DNA of 64,000 nucleotides from an uncultured Bacillota bacterium (GCA_934702375.1 CAKUYE010000003.1:11589-75588), one strand, 5' to 3'. Positions 25,158 through 35,250 are shown, numbered from the stretch's first letter. A program made the numbers and translations. The notes: generated by a model from the sequence alone, not told the origin.

Positions 25158-28100
25158 ATGAACAAAAAACTTATCGTTCTGGTCTGCGTGCTGATCAGCG
25201 TATTTGCTTTCAGTGCCGGTATTTTCGCTGCCGACCCCACTCCCTGGGATGGCACCGTAGATACCAGCTGGTACAGCACGGACAAAACAAGTTTTGAAAT
25301 CAACGATGCAAAACAGCTGGCCGGGTTGGCGGCCATCGTAAATGGTACGGCAAAAGATATCACCAAAGATACCTTCGCCGGAAAAACCGTTTCTCTTACT
25401 GCCGACCTGGATCTTGGCGGTGTGAAGAAATCCAATGGGAAATTGGAAGGAACGGCTTACGTTCCCAGCGTTTGGGAAGGCCAAAATTGGACACCTATTG
25501 GGAGAAATACCTGGTCTGATTACTTTCAGGGAACTTTTGATGGTAAGAATCACACGATCCGCAACTTATATATCAACAGTACTTCCGGTTATATCGGGTT
25601 ATTTGTGTGTATTGGCGGTACAGTGAAGGATCTTAATCTGGAAGATGGTTTTGTGACTTCTTCCAATAGCTATAACCCCAATGGTGCTCTTGCCGGTAGA
25701 GTCAACAGCGGTTGTTTCGTATATCATTGTAGCAGCAATGTAGAAACTTTTATGAAAAGCTACGGCGGTACCGGTCTTGTTGGGAATAACTCCGGTACTA
25801 TTGCCTATTGTTCCAATAGCGGTACTATGTACAGCACCAGCTATAATGTAGGCGGTATCGTCGGGCAATCTGCCGGCGGGAAGGTTGTCAGCTCATTTAA
25901 CAGCGGTATTGTTAAAGGTACCTACAACCTTGGCGGTATTGTCGGAAAAATAGGAAGCGGTACTTTTTCGATCGTAAATTGCTATAACGTTGGTGAAATA
26001 AACGGCTTTAGCAGCAGAGGGAATTACGCCGGTGGTATTGCAGGTTATTCTGCTTCGGCTGGAAATCTTGTTGCCAATTGCTACAATGCCGGTAAATTGA
26101 CTAATTTAGATGCAGAGGGTGTACAGTCGAAGAACGCTGTTGGTGCTCTTGTCGGCGGCAAAGCCATTGGTTCCTCGAATAACCTTTATCTTGCCGTCGG
26201 AGATTTAAAAGGTCTTGGCAGTACCGATAATGGCAGCTCTGATATTTTGGGTATGAGCGGTATTGCTGCCGATGCTTTGAAAAATTCCGAAGCAGATCTG
26301 GGCAGTGCCTATACCGCAGACAGTTCTAACATTAACAATGGCTATCCGATCTTGACCTGGCAGAAGGATGGCAAATATTCTACGGAACTGAAAGAAACGG
26401 AAGGGCTGGATATTGCCGAAATCAAGGACGCTACCAACAAGGGCTTTACGGTAGTGATGAGCGATCTTTTGTATTACTCTACTTTGAGCGAGGATGACTT
26501 TACCGTAGAAGCTATGGTAAACGGTACAAAGGCGGATGTTATATCTCTTCGCGGTTCCTATGTCTTGACGGAATACAACGGAAAAGTTGTCAGCGCCTTT
26601 ACTTTTACCTTTGATAATATGAAGCCCGAAGCAGACATCGTTTATTCCGTAAAATACAAAGAAAATGCGGCTAAGACCTATTCTTTCCGTTCTCCTGCAA
26701 CGGATCAGTGGTATGATTATGTTGCTGATGGTGTCTCCGGTACCGGCACCAAGGATGATCCTTATCGGATCTCCACGGCGGAAGAACTCTCTTACTTCGC
26801 TCGTTTTGCTCCGAGCAGCAAGTATAATGGTGAATACGTTGTTTTGACCAACGATATTGATATGGGGGCAAAATACTGGACGCCATTTGAATTTAGGGGA
26901 AATCTTGACGGTCAGAACTATGCGATCAAAAACCTGAAAATTGATGATGCCAACGGTGACTACTTTAACGGTGGATCCGGTTTGTTTTCCTCGATTGCTA
27001 TGAGCAGCAGTTACATGGGAAAAGAAGTCAGTTATATTTCGAATCTACGTTTTATTGATCCGGATGTAAAAGGTACTTACAGTGTCGGTATTTTAGCCGG
27101 AACGGTTTGCAATACCTTTGTTGAAAACTGTTCTGTTACCGGTGGTAAAGTGAGCACCAATGACTTAAATTACTATGCCGGCGGTCTTGTGGGAAGCGCA
27201 GATAGTGAAACGGATATGACCACGGTCTTCCGTCGTTGTTCTGTTGATTTGGATCTTTACACTCATGGCTGCGGCGGCAGCGTTGTTGGACATGTCAATC
27301 ATGGCAATACGAGCTACGGTTCTCTGTACATTGTTGATTGCCAAAGCTCCGGTACTGTGACTTCCGACAGCGCGGCAAAGAATAGCCAAGTAGGCGGCAT
27401 TCTTGGTAATGTTTGGAGACTCAAAGGTGTTGTTATTGAAAATTGCTATAGTGATGCAACCTTATCTACTACCGGTACTTGCGCCGGCGGTATTGTTGGT
27501 AAGGTGTTTGTCAGCGGTAACAGCAACCAGTATATTGGCCCTGACGGTATCACCATTAAAAACTCTGTTGCCCTGAATCCCTCGGTAAAAACTACAGAAC
27601 CTACCGGTAAGGCCGGTCGAATCGTTGCGGATGCCGATGACATTGTTGGTGCAACCAAAGGTTATTTTGATCAAAACTATGGTTTAGATACTATGGACGT
27701 TGCCGGTGGTCTTAGTATGGATATTGGCGGTTCAGGTACCGATGTCACCAAGGCCGAAGCGGAAACCAAGGAATTTTGGGCTTCCAAAGTGGGCTTCGAT
27801 TTCTCCGAAAACGGTGCCTGGATCTGGGACGACGCTCAGAAAAAACCGGTTTTGAATCATGATAGAAAAGCTGAAATCAAGGTCGTTATTGACCGTCAGC
27901 CTGCCGATGCTACCGCCTATCGCAATCAGCCTGCGCTCTTTGGGGTTGTGCCTTCCGGCGGTACAATGAACTACAACTATCAGTGGGAATCCAGCACCGA
28001 TGGGGAAACCTGGACTGCCGTGGAAAGCGGTACAGCACAGACATTGTCCATTGCCTTTGATGGTGGTTACACCGGCGGGACTCTCTTCCGTTGCGTTGTT

Positions 28101-30509
28101 ACCGATGGTGCCGGATTTACTGCAACCAGTGATTCTGCAAAGCTCAGTATTGTTTTGGCAAAATATACGCCGAAGGATGCTGTAAAAGCATTAAAGAACT
28201 ATTATGCTGAAAAGGGCACTCTTGACACTGCCCGAGAAGCTTTTGCCGCGAAGGATCTTTTAGGCGATATTACAGATTTAAATGTCAACTTGCCTTTTAG
28301 CTCTACCTATATCGGTGTTTCTTCTCTTGATTACGAAAAATTCATTACGCCCTCTTGGCTCTTTATGGATTCCTATGCTTTAGGCAACGATCCTCATCAA
28401 TATGTCAAAGTGGATGGCGGTCTTGTAGAAATTGCAGATGCTTTCCAATGGATTTTGGGCGCACAGGATGCGGAAACCGGCGTTATTACCGGGTTGACCT
28501 ATAAGGACAAAGACTATAACTATATGCCTTCTTTCATTACCGCAATGGAAATGTACTATCAGGGACAACCCTGGGGCAATGAAAAAGAAGGAACCAAACT
28601 TGGTTGTGACGGTGCCATCGAATATACTTTTGCGCAGCTGGTGGATCACGAATGCGGCGGGAAAACCTATGGTAAGCTTTCAAAGACTTATACCGGTAAT
28701 AACTTTAATGATCTAATTGCTCAGTCGGAATTCATCATGTTGATGGCTCGTTTGTCCGATGACCCTGTTTACGGTGAACAGGCCCAAGAAGCAATGGGTG
28801 ATGTATTGAAGACGATGGAATATCTTTATGAAGAAACCACTGTCCTCAATAAATATGTGGAACCCTTTGGTTTCTATGCTTCGGCTCTCTTTGCTGCTGC
28901 CGACACTACCGACAGCTACTTTGAAAAATCGGCTTATTTGGATATGGCACAGAGAGTGATTACCGAAAAGATTATGCCTTCGGTCGCTGCCGATGGTGGT
29001 TACAGTAAAGAAGTTGGGAAACAGGATATTTCCGGCGATCCTTATGCTACCGTTGCCGCTACCATGGCTTTGGCCGATTATGTAAAAGAAAAATCCTATG
29101 TCAGCTCCTTTGATTATGTACTTTCCGATGTTGATGCAGTAGCTCGAGACCTTGCTGCGATTGATTTGGGATCGGTTATCGTTGGTGATCTTGATTTACC
29201 GACAATAGGCCAATATGGCAGCACCTTCACTTGGGAAAGCTCCGATCAGAAGATTATTGATGCAAAGACCGGTAAGGTCAATCGTTTTGCCACCGACCAG
29301 GCTGTTACATTGACGGTTACCGCTGTGAAAGGGAAGGAAACGGCCAGCCGTATTATTAATGTAACGGTCAAAGCCGATGCCGATAATGATACCGATAACG
29401 TAGATGCGGTACTTTCCGGTTTGCAGATACCCTTTATGGCGATCAGTGATATCACGGTTCCCGATTCTTCCGTTGAGGGGGTATCTCTTGTTTGGACTTC
29501 CAGCAATTCCGATGTTCTTGGCATTGACGGTAAAGTGACTCGTCCTGCCATTGGTGCAGAGGATGCGGTTGTAACGCTTACTGCCACTGCGACTCAAGGG
29601 AATGTTACCAAAACCAAAGACTTTTCGGTAACGGTTTACGCACTGAGCAACGATTCTTTAAAAGAAGGTTACTATCTTACCCAGAGTAAGTATTTGGCCG
29701 ATCGAGCCATTAAAGGGTATTGGAGTATTTTTGCAGCTTATGCGGCTCTTGGTGATTATATTACCGACCCAGACAATGGCTATAGCTTTGTATTAGCATC
29801 TCCTCAGGCAAATTGGTATGGCGTTCAGTACGGTGCCACCGTTATGGCTCTTTGCGCCATGGGAGAAAATCCATACAATTATAACGGTGAAAACTGGGTG
29901 CAAAAGCTGTATGATAATTTTGGTGATCCCTATGCCGGCGGTCTCTACTCTGCCTTTGGTATGGAAGCAGCCGGTGCCAACAGCACTTTATATACTCCTG
30001 CCGGTGATTATCAAGTTGGCCAGCTTTCGGAAAAGAGCATGATATATGGTATTGATATTTCCGGTTGGGCTTCGGTCTTAGTTGCAAAACATCATGACTT
30101 CCCCGGTTATGAAGAAAGTAATGCTGCTGCATTGAAAGCATGGCTCAACTATCTGAAAGGGTTGGGGATCGACTCCGATGGTAACTTTGTCGGTTGCAAC
30201 GATATCTCCACCGGTTGTGCCATTACCGGTTTCGCCGCTCTTTACAGCATTGGTATGACTGATGTTGATCCTGCCCTTGATACCTGGAAAAATGCGGCTA
30301 CAGGTAAAGGTATCATCGATGCCATCTATGAACAGGGGCTTGTTGAAGACAGAATCCCCGGCTACATGACTCAGATGGAAATGGCTATCTGTGATATGTA
30401 CAATGCTAAATACAATGGCAGCACCTCCACGGCAAAGATGGGAACATATTCGATCCCAAAGGCAGTACCACCAGAGCGGAAGTTGCCGCGGTGCTCCACC
30501 GTTTCCTGA
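25158..30509 (+). CDS. giant secreted protein: 2x GLUG/beta-helix-like modules, Ig-like domains, two alpha/alpha-toroid (prenyltransferase/transcobalamin-alpha-like) regions
   Basis: The ATG at 25158 has GGAAAAAGGA upstream and is followed by a signal peptide (MNKKLIVLVCVLISVFAFSAGIFA). FQGTFDGKNHTIRNL and repeated GGIVG/GGLVG units suggest GLUG-type repeats. Two small Ig-like units are present (GSTFTWESSD...VTLTVTA). DGGY and DSDGNF helical repeat regions suggest the toroids. Confidence 0.9.
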   Translation: MNKKLIVLVCVLISVFAFSAGIFAADPTPWDGTVDTSWYSTDKTSFEINDAKQLAGLAAIVNGTAKDITKDTFAGKTVSLTADLDLGGVKKSNGKLEGTAYVPSVWEGQNWTPIGRNTWSDYFQGTFDGKNHTIRNLYINSTSGYIGLFVCIGGTVKDLNLEDGFVTSSNSYNPNGALAGRVNSGCFVYHCSSNVETFMKSYGGTGLVGNNSGTIAYCSNSGTMYSTSYNVGGIVGQSAGGKVVSSFNSGIVKGTYNLGGIVGKIGSGTFSIVNCYNVGEINGFSSRGNYAGGIAGYSASAGNLVANCYNAGKLTNLDAEGVQSKNAVGALVGGKAIGSSNNLYLAVGDLKGLGSTDNGSSDILGMSGIAADALKNSEADLGSAYTADSSNINNGYPILTWQKDGKYSTELKETEGLDIAEIKDATNKGFTVVMSDLLYYSTLSEDDFTVEAMVNGTKADVISLRGSYVLTEYNGKVVSAFTFTFDNMKPEADIVYSVKYKENAAKTYSFRSPATDQWYDYVADGVSGTGTKDDPYRISTAEELSYFARFAPSSKYNGEYVVLTNDIDMGAKYWTPFEFRGNLDGQNYAIKNLKIDDANGDYFNGGSGLFSSIAMSSSYMGKEVSYISNLRFIDPDVKGTYSVGILAGTVCNTFVENCSVTGGKVSTNDLNYYAGGLVGSADSETDMTTVFRRCSVDLDLYTHGCGGSVVGHVNHGNTSYGSLYIVDCQSSGTVTSDSAAKNSQVGGILGNVWRLKGVVIENCYSDATLSTTGTCAGGIVGKVFVSGNSNQYIGPDGITIKNSVALNPSVKTTEPTGKAGRIVADADDIVGATKGYFDQNYGLDTMDVAGGLSMDIGGSGTDVTKAEAETKEFWASKVGFDFSENGAWIWDDAQKKPVLNHDRKAEIKVVIDRQPADATAYRNQPALFGVVPSGGTMNYNYQWESSTDGETWTAVESGTAQTLSIAFDGGYTGGTLFRCVVTDGAGFTATSDSAKLSIVLAKYTPKDAVKALKNYYAEKGTLDTAREAFAAKDLLGDITDLNVNLPFSSTYIGVSSLDYEKFITPSWLFMDSYALGNDPHQYVKVDGGLVEIADAFQWILGAQDAETGVITGLTYKDKDYNYMPSFITAMEMYYQGQPWGNEKEGTKLGCDGAIEYTFAQLVDHECGGKTYGKLSKTYTGNNFNDLIAQSEFIMLMARLSDDPVYGEQAQEAMGDVLKTMEYLYEETTVLNKYVEPFGFYASALFAAADTTDSYFEKSAYLDMAQRVITEKIMPSVAADGGYSKEVGKQDISGDPYATVAATMALADYVKEKSYVSSFDYVLSDVDAVARDLAAIDLGSVIVGDLDLPTIGQYGSTFTWESSDQKIIDAKTGKVNRFATDQAVTLTVTAVKGKETASRIINVTVKADADNDTDNVDAVLSGLQIPFMAISDITVPDSSVEGVSLVWTSSNSDVLGIDGKVTRPAIGAEDAVVTLTATATQGNVTKTKDFSVTVYALSNDSLKEGYYLTQSKYLADRAIKGYWSIFAAYAALGDYITDPDNGYSFVLASPQANWYGVQYGATVMALCAMGENPYNYNGENWVQKLYDNFGDPYAGGLYSAFGMEAAGANSTLYTPAGDYQVGQLSEKSMIYGIDISGWASVLVAKHHDFPGYEESNAAALKAWLNYLKGLGIDSDGNFVGCNDISTGCAITGFAALYSIGMTDVDPALDTWKNAATGKGIIDAIYEQGLVEDRIPGYMTQMEMAICDMYNAKYNGSTSTAKMGTYSIPKAVPPERKLPRCSTVS

Positions 30510-31162
30510 CCTACAAATACGAAGACTTTGTAAAAGTCGATGATACCGATAGCGTGATCGTCGATATCGAAAAATTCACCTTCGGCCAGGGCTTCATCAT
30601 GGAGCCTGTAGTTGTGAAATGGGAAGAAGGGGACACCGCCGCCGATGTAACGATCCGCGCTGCCGAACAGGCCGGAGTGGAATTGCAGTATCGTGACAGC
30701 GACTATGGTTTCTATCTCTCCGCAGTAAGAGATGATGAAACAAGGGAAGCCAATATTCCACAGTACATTCTCGATGCTATGGAAAAAGCCGGGGCAGTGT
30801 TGATTGGTCGGGAAAGCCAGACCTGGCTCAGCGAAAAAGATTACAACAGCGCCCAGGGTGGTTGGATCTATTGGGTAAATCATGAACATATGGGCGTCGG
30901 TGCCGGAAATGCAGATGTAAAAGCCGGCGATGTCATTCGTTGGCAGTTCAGCGTGTATGGCATGGGTCTTGACCTTGGTGCAAAGATCAAAAATCAGGAT
31001 CCCTACGTCACTGTAGGTGAAAAGGATGCTCTTATCCATGCCATGGCCGTAGCCAGCAACCACGAAAAAGCCGGTCAGGCTTACGAAAATGCTGTGAAAG
31101 TAATGGAGAAGATGGATGCTACCCAAGCTGAAATCAACGCTGCTACGGAAGCACTCCAATAA
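30404..31162 (+). CDS. DUF4430 (transcobalamin-like C-terminal domain) segment; probable continuation of the giant ORF in the -1 frame
   Basis: This frame is open from 30404 and overlaps the end of the previous ORF. It reads GKDGNIFDPKGSTTRAEVAAVLHRFL, then the DUF4430 signature GGWIYWVNHEHMGVGAGNADVKAGDVIRWQFS. There is no independent RBS before the ATG at 30491. Confidence 0.75.
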
Positions 31163-31262
31163 AAAAAGTAGGCGCCCCGCTATGGCTTCTCCTCGAGGAG
31201 AAGGCTTGCGGCTTGCCAAAGCGGATAGCTTATTATGGCCTTTCGTATCATTCATTCATATA

Positions 31263-31312
31263 AAAGACCCCGGTGCAGATGCTTTTGCCTAGGCACCGGG
31301 GTCTTGCTGTTT
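31263..31312 (+). terminator. intrinsic terminator after the giant gene
   Basis: A 13-bp stem AAGACCCCGGTGC/GCACCGGGGTCTT is followed by GCTGTTT. Confidence 0.8.
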
Positions 31313-31739
31313 GATATGATGGGCGACGGTGTGTGGCAAAATGATTGTTTATTGACTATGTGAAATTCTATTTAGTTTCCTAAAAAAACTTGATGTTATT
31401 TTTTACATCCAGCGTGTTATTTTTTACATTTCCCTTTTCTTTTTTCCAAAATGTGGTATAGTAGAAAGTACCGATAGGCCTATCGGATCGTTTTTGTTTC
31501 TAAATACCTTTTTTCGATTAGGATGTCTCTTCATGAGCGTGCCATTACAGTCTCAATTCAGGCGGAGACTTTTGGCGTGTTATTCCTTCTTAACCTGCTT
31601 TCCGGCAGGTTTCTTTTTTTGCGTGCAAATATTTTGTATTTGATGTCGTTTTCCCTCAATTTACTTTTCGGTATGCTTCTTATATAATGATAACATGCAG
31701 TAAATGCTATGGCAGACTGCTGCAAAGAGGAGCGTTTTT

Positions 31740-32201
31740 ATGAAGATTATTGTTTTTTCTGATTCTCACGGTCGAAAGGATGTCATGTGGAATATCGCCG
31801 AGGAAGAGCGTCCGGATATGATTTTTCATTTGGGCGATTATGAGCCGGACAGTGATTTGTTTTTAGGAGTGATCCCGGTGGTAAAGGTTCGAGGCAATTG
31901 TGATTACAATTCTTATGAAGAGGCAGAGCGTTTTCTCGATTATGGTCCTACAAAAATCTTATTGACCCACGGCCACCTTTATGCGGTGAAACAGGGATTA
32001 ATGTATCTCATTCAGGAAGGAACCGCCAAGGGGGCTACGGTGATCCTTTATGGTCATACTCACCGTGCCTATTTGGATAAGGCTGCGGGCAGGGTTGTGA
32101 TGAATCCGGGAACACCGGATAAAAGCTATGGTGTTTTGGAATTGAAAAACGGTGTTCTGGTGGATGCCCGATTGGAGGAAACCCGAGCTGAACTGCGGTA
32201 A
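31740..32201 (+). CDS. YfcE/MJ0936-family metallophosphoesterase
   Basis: Motifs are MKIIVFSDSHG, HLGDY, GNCD, LTHGH and GHTH. GAGGAG lies upstream of the ATG at 31740. Confidence 0.9.
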   Translation: MKIIVFSDSHGRKDVMWNIAEEERPDMIFHLGDYEPDSDLFLGVIPVVKVRGNCDYNSYEEAERFLDYGPTKILLTHGHLYAVKQGLMYLIQEGTAKGATVILYGHTHRAYLDKAAGRVVMNPGTPDKSYGVLELKNGVLVDARLEETRAELR

Positions 32202-32270
32202 AAATATTGCAAAATTGGGGCATTGCCTGTATAATGATAGTGTATATAGAAATGAAAGCGAGGAAAGCTT

Positions 32271-33338
32271 ATGTGGTATTGCAGCGAGTGCGGCCAGAGA
32301 AACGAAGGCCGTTATTGCCAGAACTGCGGCGCAGAATTTGTGGACCCGATGGCAGATTCTCCAAAATCCATGTATGACGTACAGCCCCGGCCCCAACCGC
32401 CGGAAAAAAGTAATAAAGGCCTGATTATCGGTATTATTGCCGCTGCGGCGGTGATTATTATTGGCGCATCGGTTGTTGTCGGTGTAATGATCGGCAGCAA
32501 TGGCTCAAAAAAAGAGGATGTTGCCGCCAGTACTCCGGAATCGACGGTTACTGCACCGGCGGATGCCCAGGATACCGGTGCTTCCAATGACGGAGCGTTG
32601 CCTTCTTTGGGAGAATATTACGTTACCGAAACCAGTTCCTATCTTTCTCTGCGAGAAGCACCTTCCGGTGATTCCACAACTCTGGCACGGCTCAGCAATG
32701 GCAGCCGCGTTTCTCTGTTGGAGCGTACGGATACGAAATACTGGTATGTTTATGACCAGAGCAGCGGCCAATACGGCTATATCCTTAGCAAATATCTTAC
32801 CGATGACATCTCTAAAGTACGTGAAGCTTATGAACCGGCGGTGGTAAAGCCATCCAGCACGAAGATCATTGCCGATTATTACGTCAGCGGCACGAAAAAT
32901 TACCTTGCGATTCGGTCTACTCCCAGCTTCGCGGCGTCTTCGGAAATCGGAAAGACGTATAACGGTTACGCTGTCGGTGTTATAGAAAAGACCAATAAGA
33001 CCTTTTGGTATGTATATGACTACAACAGTGGTCTTTATGGTTATGTGAAATGCGGGTATCTTTCCGGCAGCCGTCCGGCATCCCCCTATGTGGATGTAGC
33101 ACCTACGCCCTCCGATGATACTTTAGTTCTCGCTGATGATGAATATATCGTTTCCGGCGTGAAAAACTACCTTGGTATACGGAACGAACCTTCCTCTTCC
33201 GATGAAGCGGAAATTGGTCGCTCCTACAATGGAAACACTGTGAAAGTCATTGAAAAAACGAACGATACCTACTGGTATATTTATGATTACAGCACCGATC
33301 TTTACGGCTATGTGAAATGCCAGTACCTGGTTAAATAA
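32271..33338 (+). CDS. zinc-ribbon / single-TM / 3x SH3b protein
   Basis: The N-terminus is MWYCSECGQRNEGRYCQNCG. One TM helix follows (IIGIIAAAAVIIIGASVVVGVMI). Three SH3b-like units each end in YWYVYD...YGY..(S/C).YL. Confidence 0.85.
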   Translation: MWYCSECGQRNEGRYCQNCGAEFVDPMADSPKSMYDVQPRPQPPEKSNKGLIIGIIAAAAVIIIGASVVVGVMIGSNGSKKEDVAASTPESTVTAPADAQDTGASNDGALPSLGEYYVTETSSYLSLREAPSGDSTTLARLSNGSRVSLLERTDTKYWYVYDQSSGQYGYILSKYLTDDISKVREAYEPAVVKPSSTKIIADYYVSGTKNYLAIRSTPSFAASSEIGKTYNGYAVGVIEKTNKTFWYVYDYNSGLYGYVKCGYLSGSRPASPYVDVAPTPSDDTLVLADDEYIVSGVKNYLGIRNEPSSSDEAEIGRSYNGNTVKVIEKTNDTYWYIYDYSTDLYGYVKCQYLVK

Positions 33339-33498
33339 TGATTTAAAACAACAATTTTTGCGTCCCTGTGGCAGCCATTGCTTCGGGACGCAATTTTTGT
33401 TTTAAAGGGAGAGGTTTTGTCGACAGTTTTACGTCAAAAAGTTGCATTTTTCGAGGTTGTCCACTATAATATAAAAAAGAAAAAAAGTGGAGGACATT

Positions 33499-35244
33499 AT
33501 GTGGTACTGCAGTGAATGCGGAAAAAAGAACAATGGCAAATTTTGCACCCGTTGCGGCACAAAATATGTGGAAATTGACGATGATCCCCCGATGATGTCT
33601 GTGAAAAAGACAAGTGAAAATGAAACGGAAGCTGTATCGAACCTTCAAGGTGAGAGATATTCGGAGTCGGCTGCAAATGAGGACGACAGTTTTTCCAGTG
33701 CGGCGGCGCTGTTTCGCCGCGGCTGTGAGGAAGAGTCTGATCCTCTTACCGATATTGAGATTCGCGTAAAGGAAGTCCATCCCCCTGTGGAAACGGAGGT
33801 TTCCGAAGAAACGGAAACACTTCCGTTGGAACAGGAGATTTCTGATGTTGAGAACGCCTCTTCCGAAACGGATGTTGTTGCGGATGAGATTCTTCCGGAA
33901 GAAAAATCTCTTGCGGAAGATATCCCGGAAGCTTTGGATCTACCGGAGGAACCCGTATTTGTTTTGCGTGGTTCCGGCCTTTGCGAAGAGGAATCTGAAG
34001 CGTTTTCGGAGCGGTCTCCGTTTTTGCACGGAGATATCCAGGCGGAGGAAGAGAACGGTGGGGCGGAATTTCTGCGTCGCGAATATAAAAACAGCGATAC
34101 GGTTGCTGATTTACCTTTGGAGGAATTGGAAAATACCGCAGAGGTCATTTCTCATCGACGGCCCCCGGAAACTACGGAGGATAAAGAGTGGAAGTACAGT
34201 AAGCGGGCATTGATCGCAGTTGGGGCGATATGCGGTGTAGTGATTCTGGCACTTATTATTCTGATCGGATCTCTTTTGACCCAGCATAAAGAAGAGACAA
34301 CAATGCCTGCCAGCACCGGAGTATATTATTACGTTTCCGGTGTGGAAGATACCGCTGCCCTTTACGAAGATAAGAGCATTAAAAGCGATGTTCTTGCGGA
34401 GTTGAAAAACGGCTCCCCGGTGGAATATCTGGAAAAGGTCAACAGTGAATTTATTCTCGTCTACGATCATGATTCGGAACAGTATGGCTACGTTCGTGCT
34501 GCGGCTTTGGTCAAGGATAAAGGCGATATTGACTTTGGCGAAGTGAGCAATGAATATGATTCGGAAAAATCTCTGGGTTATTACTATGTGACGAAAACCG
34601 AAAATTATCTGACCCTTTGGGAAAATGAGGACGGCGGTGGTACCGTAAAGGCAAAATTGAAAAACGGCTATAAAGTTTCACTGTTGGAGCGAACCAACGA
34701 TTCCTTCTGGTTTGTCTTTGACTATACTTCTGCGGAGCGGGGCTATGTCCGCAAAGCTTACCTTACCGATAGTAAGAGTAAGGTCGTCGGCGTTTATCAT
34801 GAACCCAAGGATAAAACGATTACCGGAGATTATTTTGTGAAAGGTGTGAAGCAGTATCTGCCGATTTGGTCGAAACCGGATAGTACCTCCTCCTTGCGCG
34901 GACGGCTGCAAAATGGAGATAAAGTGGGGCTTATTCAGAAAACCACAAGCTCTTACTGGTATGTCTATGGCTATGAGCGTGGGGTCTATGGATATGTTGC
35001 CAATAGTTATCTTACAACGGAGGATCCCAATCCCAAACAGGAGGTTTCTGCCTACACCGTGACCGGCACCGAAGAATACCTGCCGGTACTTAGTGAGGCT
35101 GCCGAGGGCAGTGAGGAAGTGACCCAGCTTCATAATGGCGATAAAGTAACGGTGTTGGATTCCGCCAACGATACCTTCTGGTATATCGAAGCTCAAAGCA
35201 CCGGCGCCAAAGGCTATGTCGTAAAAGATTATCTGACACAGTGA
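33499..35244 (+). CDS. zinc-ribbon / acidic linker / single-TM / 5x SH3b protein (paralog of the preceding gene)
   Basis: It begins MWYCSECGKKNNGKFCTRCG, with GGAGG 6 nt before the ATG at 33499. A ~200-aa Glu-rich linker and one TM helix follow. Five SH3b-like units complete it. Confidence 0.85.
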   Translation: MWYCSECGKKNNGKFCTRCGTKYVEIDDDPPMMSVKKTSENETEAVSNLQGERYSESAANEDDSFSSAAALFRRGCEEESDPLTDIEIRVKEVHPPVETEVSEETETLPLEQEISDVENASSETDVVADEILPEEKSLAEDIPEALDLPEEPVFVLRGSGLCEEESEAFSERSPFLHGDIQAEEENGGAEFLRREYKNSDTVADLPLEELENTAEVISHRRPPETTEDKEWKYSKRALIAVGAICGVVILALIILIGSLLTQHKEETTMPASTGVYYYVSGVEDTAALYEDKSIKSDVLAELKNGSPVEYLEKVNSEFILVYDHDSEQYGYVRAAALVKDKGDIDFGEVSNEYDSEKSLGYYYVTKTENYLTLWENEDGGGTVKAKLKNGYKVSLLERTNDSFWFVFDYTSAERGYVRKAYLTDSKSKVVGVYHEPKDKTITGDYFVKGVKQYLPIWSKPDSTSSLRGRLQNGDKVGLIQKTTSSYWYVYGYERGVYGYVANSYLTTEDPNPKQEVSAYTVTGTEEYLPVLSEAAEGSEEVTQLHNGDKVTVLDSANDTFWYIEAQSTGAKGYVVKDYLTQ

Positions 35245-35250
35245 CATATA

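Noticed and set aside
30371-31255. A 294-aa minus-strand ORF. Similar long antisense ORFs lie at 23114-24025, 38720-39589, 42209-43216, 45203-46222 and 55496-56338.
   Set aside because: Each lies entirely antisense to a gene with clear family motifs (DUF4430, ABC, M23, ThiI, SmpB/MerR, OFOR alpha). Their translations have no recognisable motifs.
31523-31687. A 54-aa hydrophobic small ORF (MSLHERAITVSIQAETFGVLFLLNLL...).
   Set aside because: AGG abuts the ATG with no spacing for an RBS. The ORF also reads straight through a strong intrinsic terminator (31592-31622).
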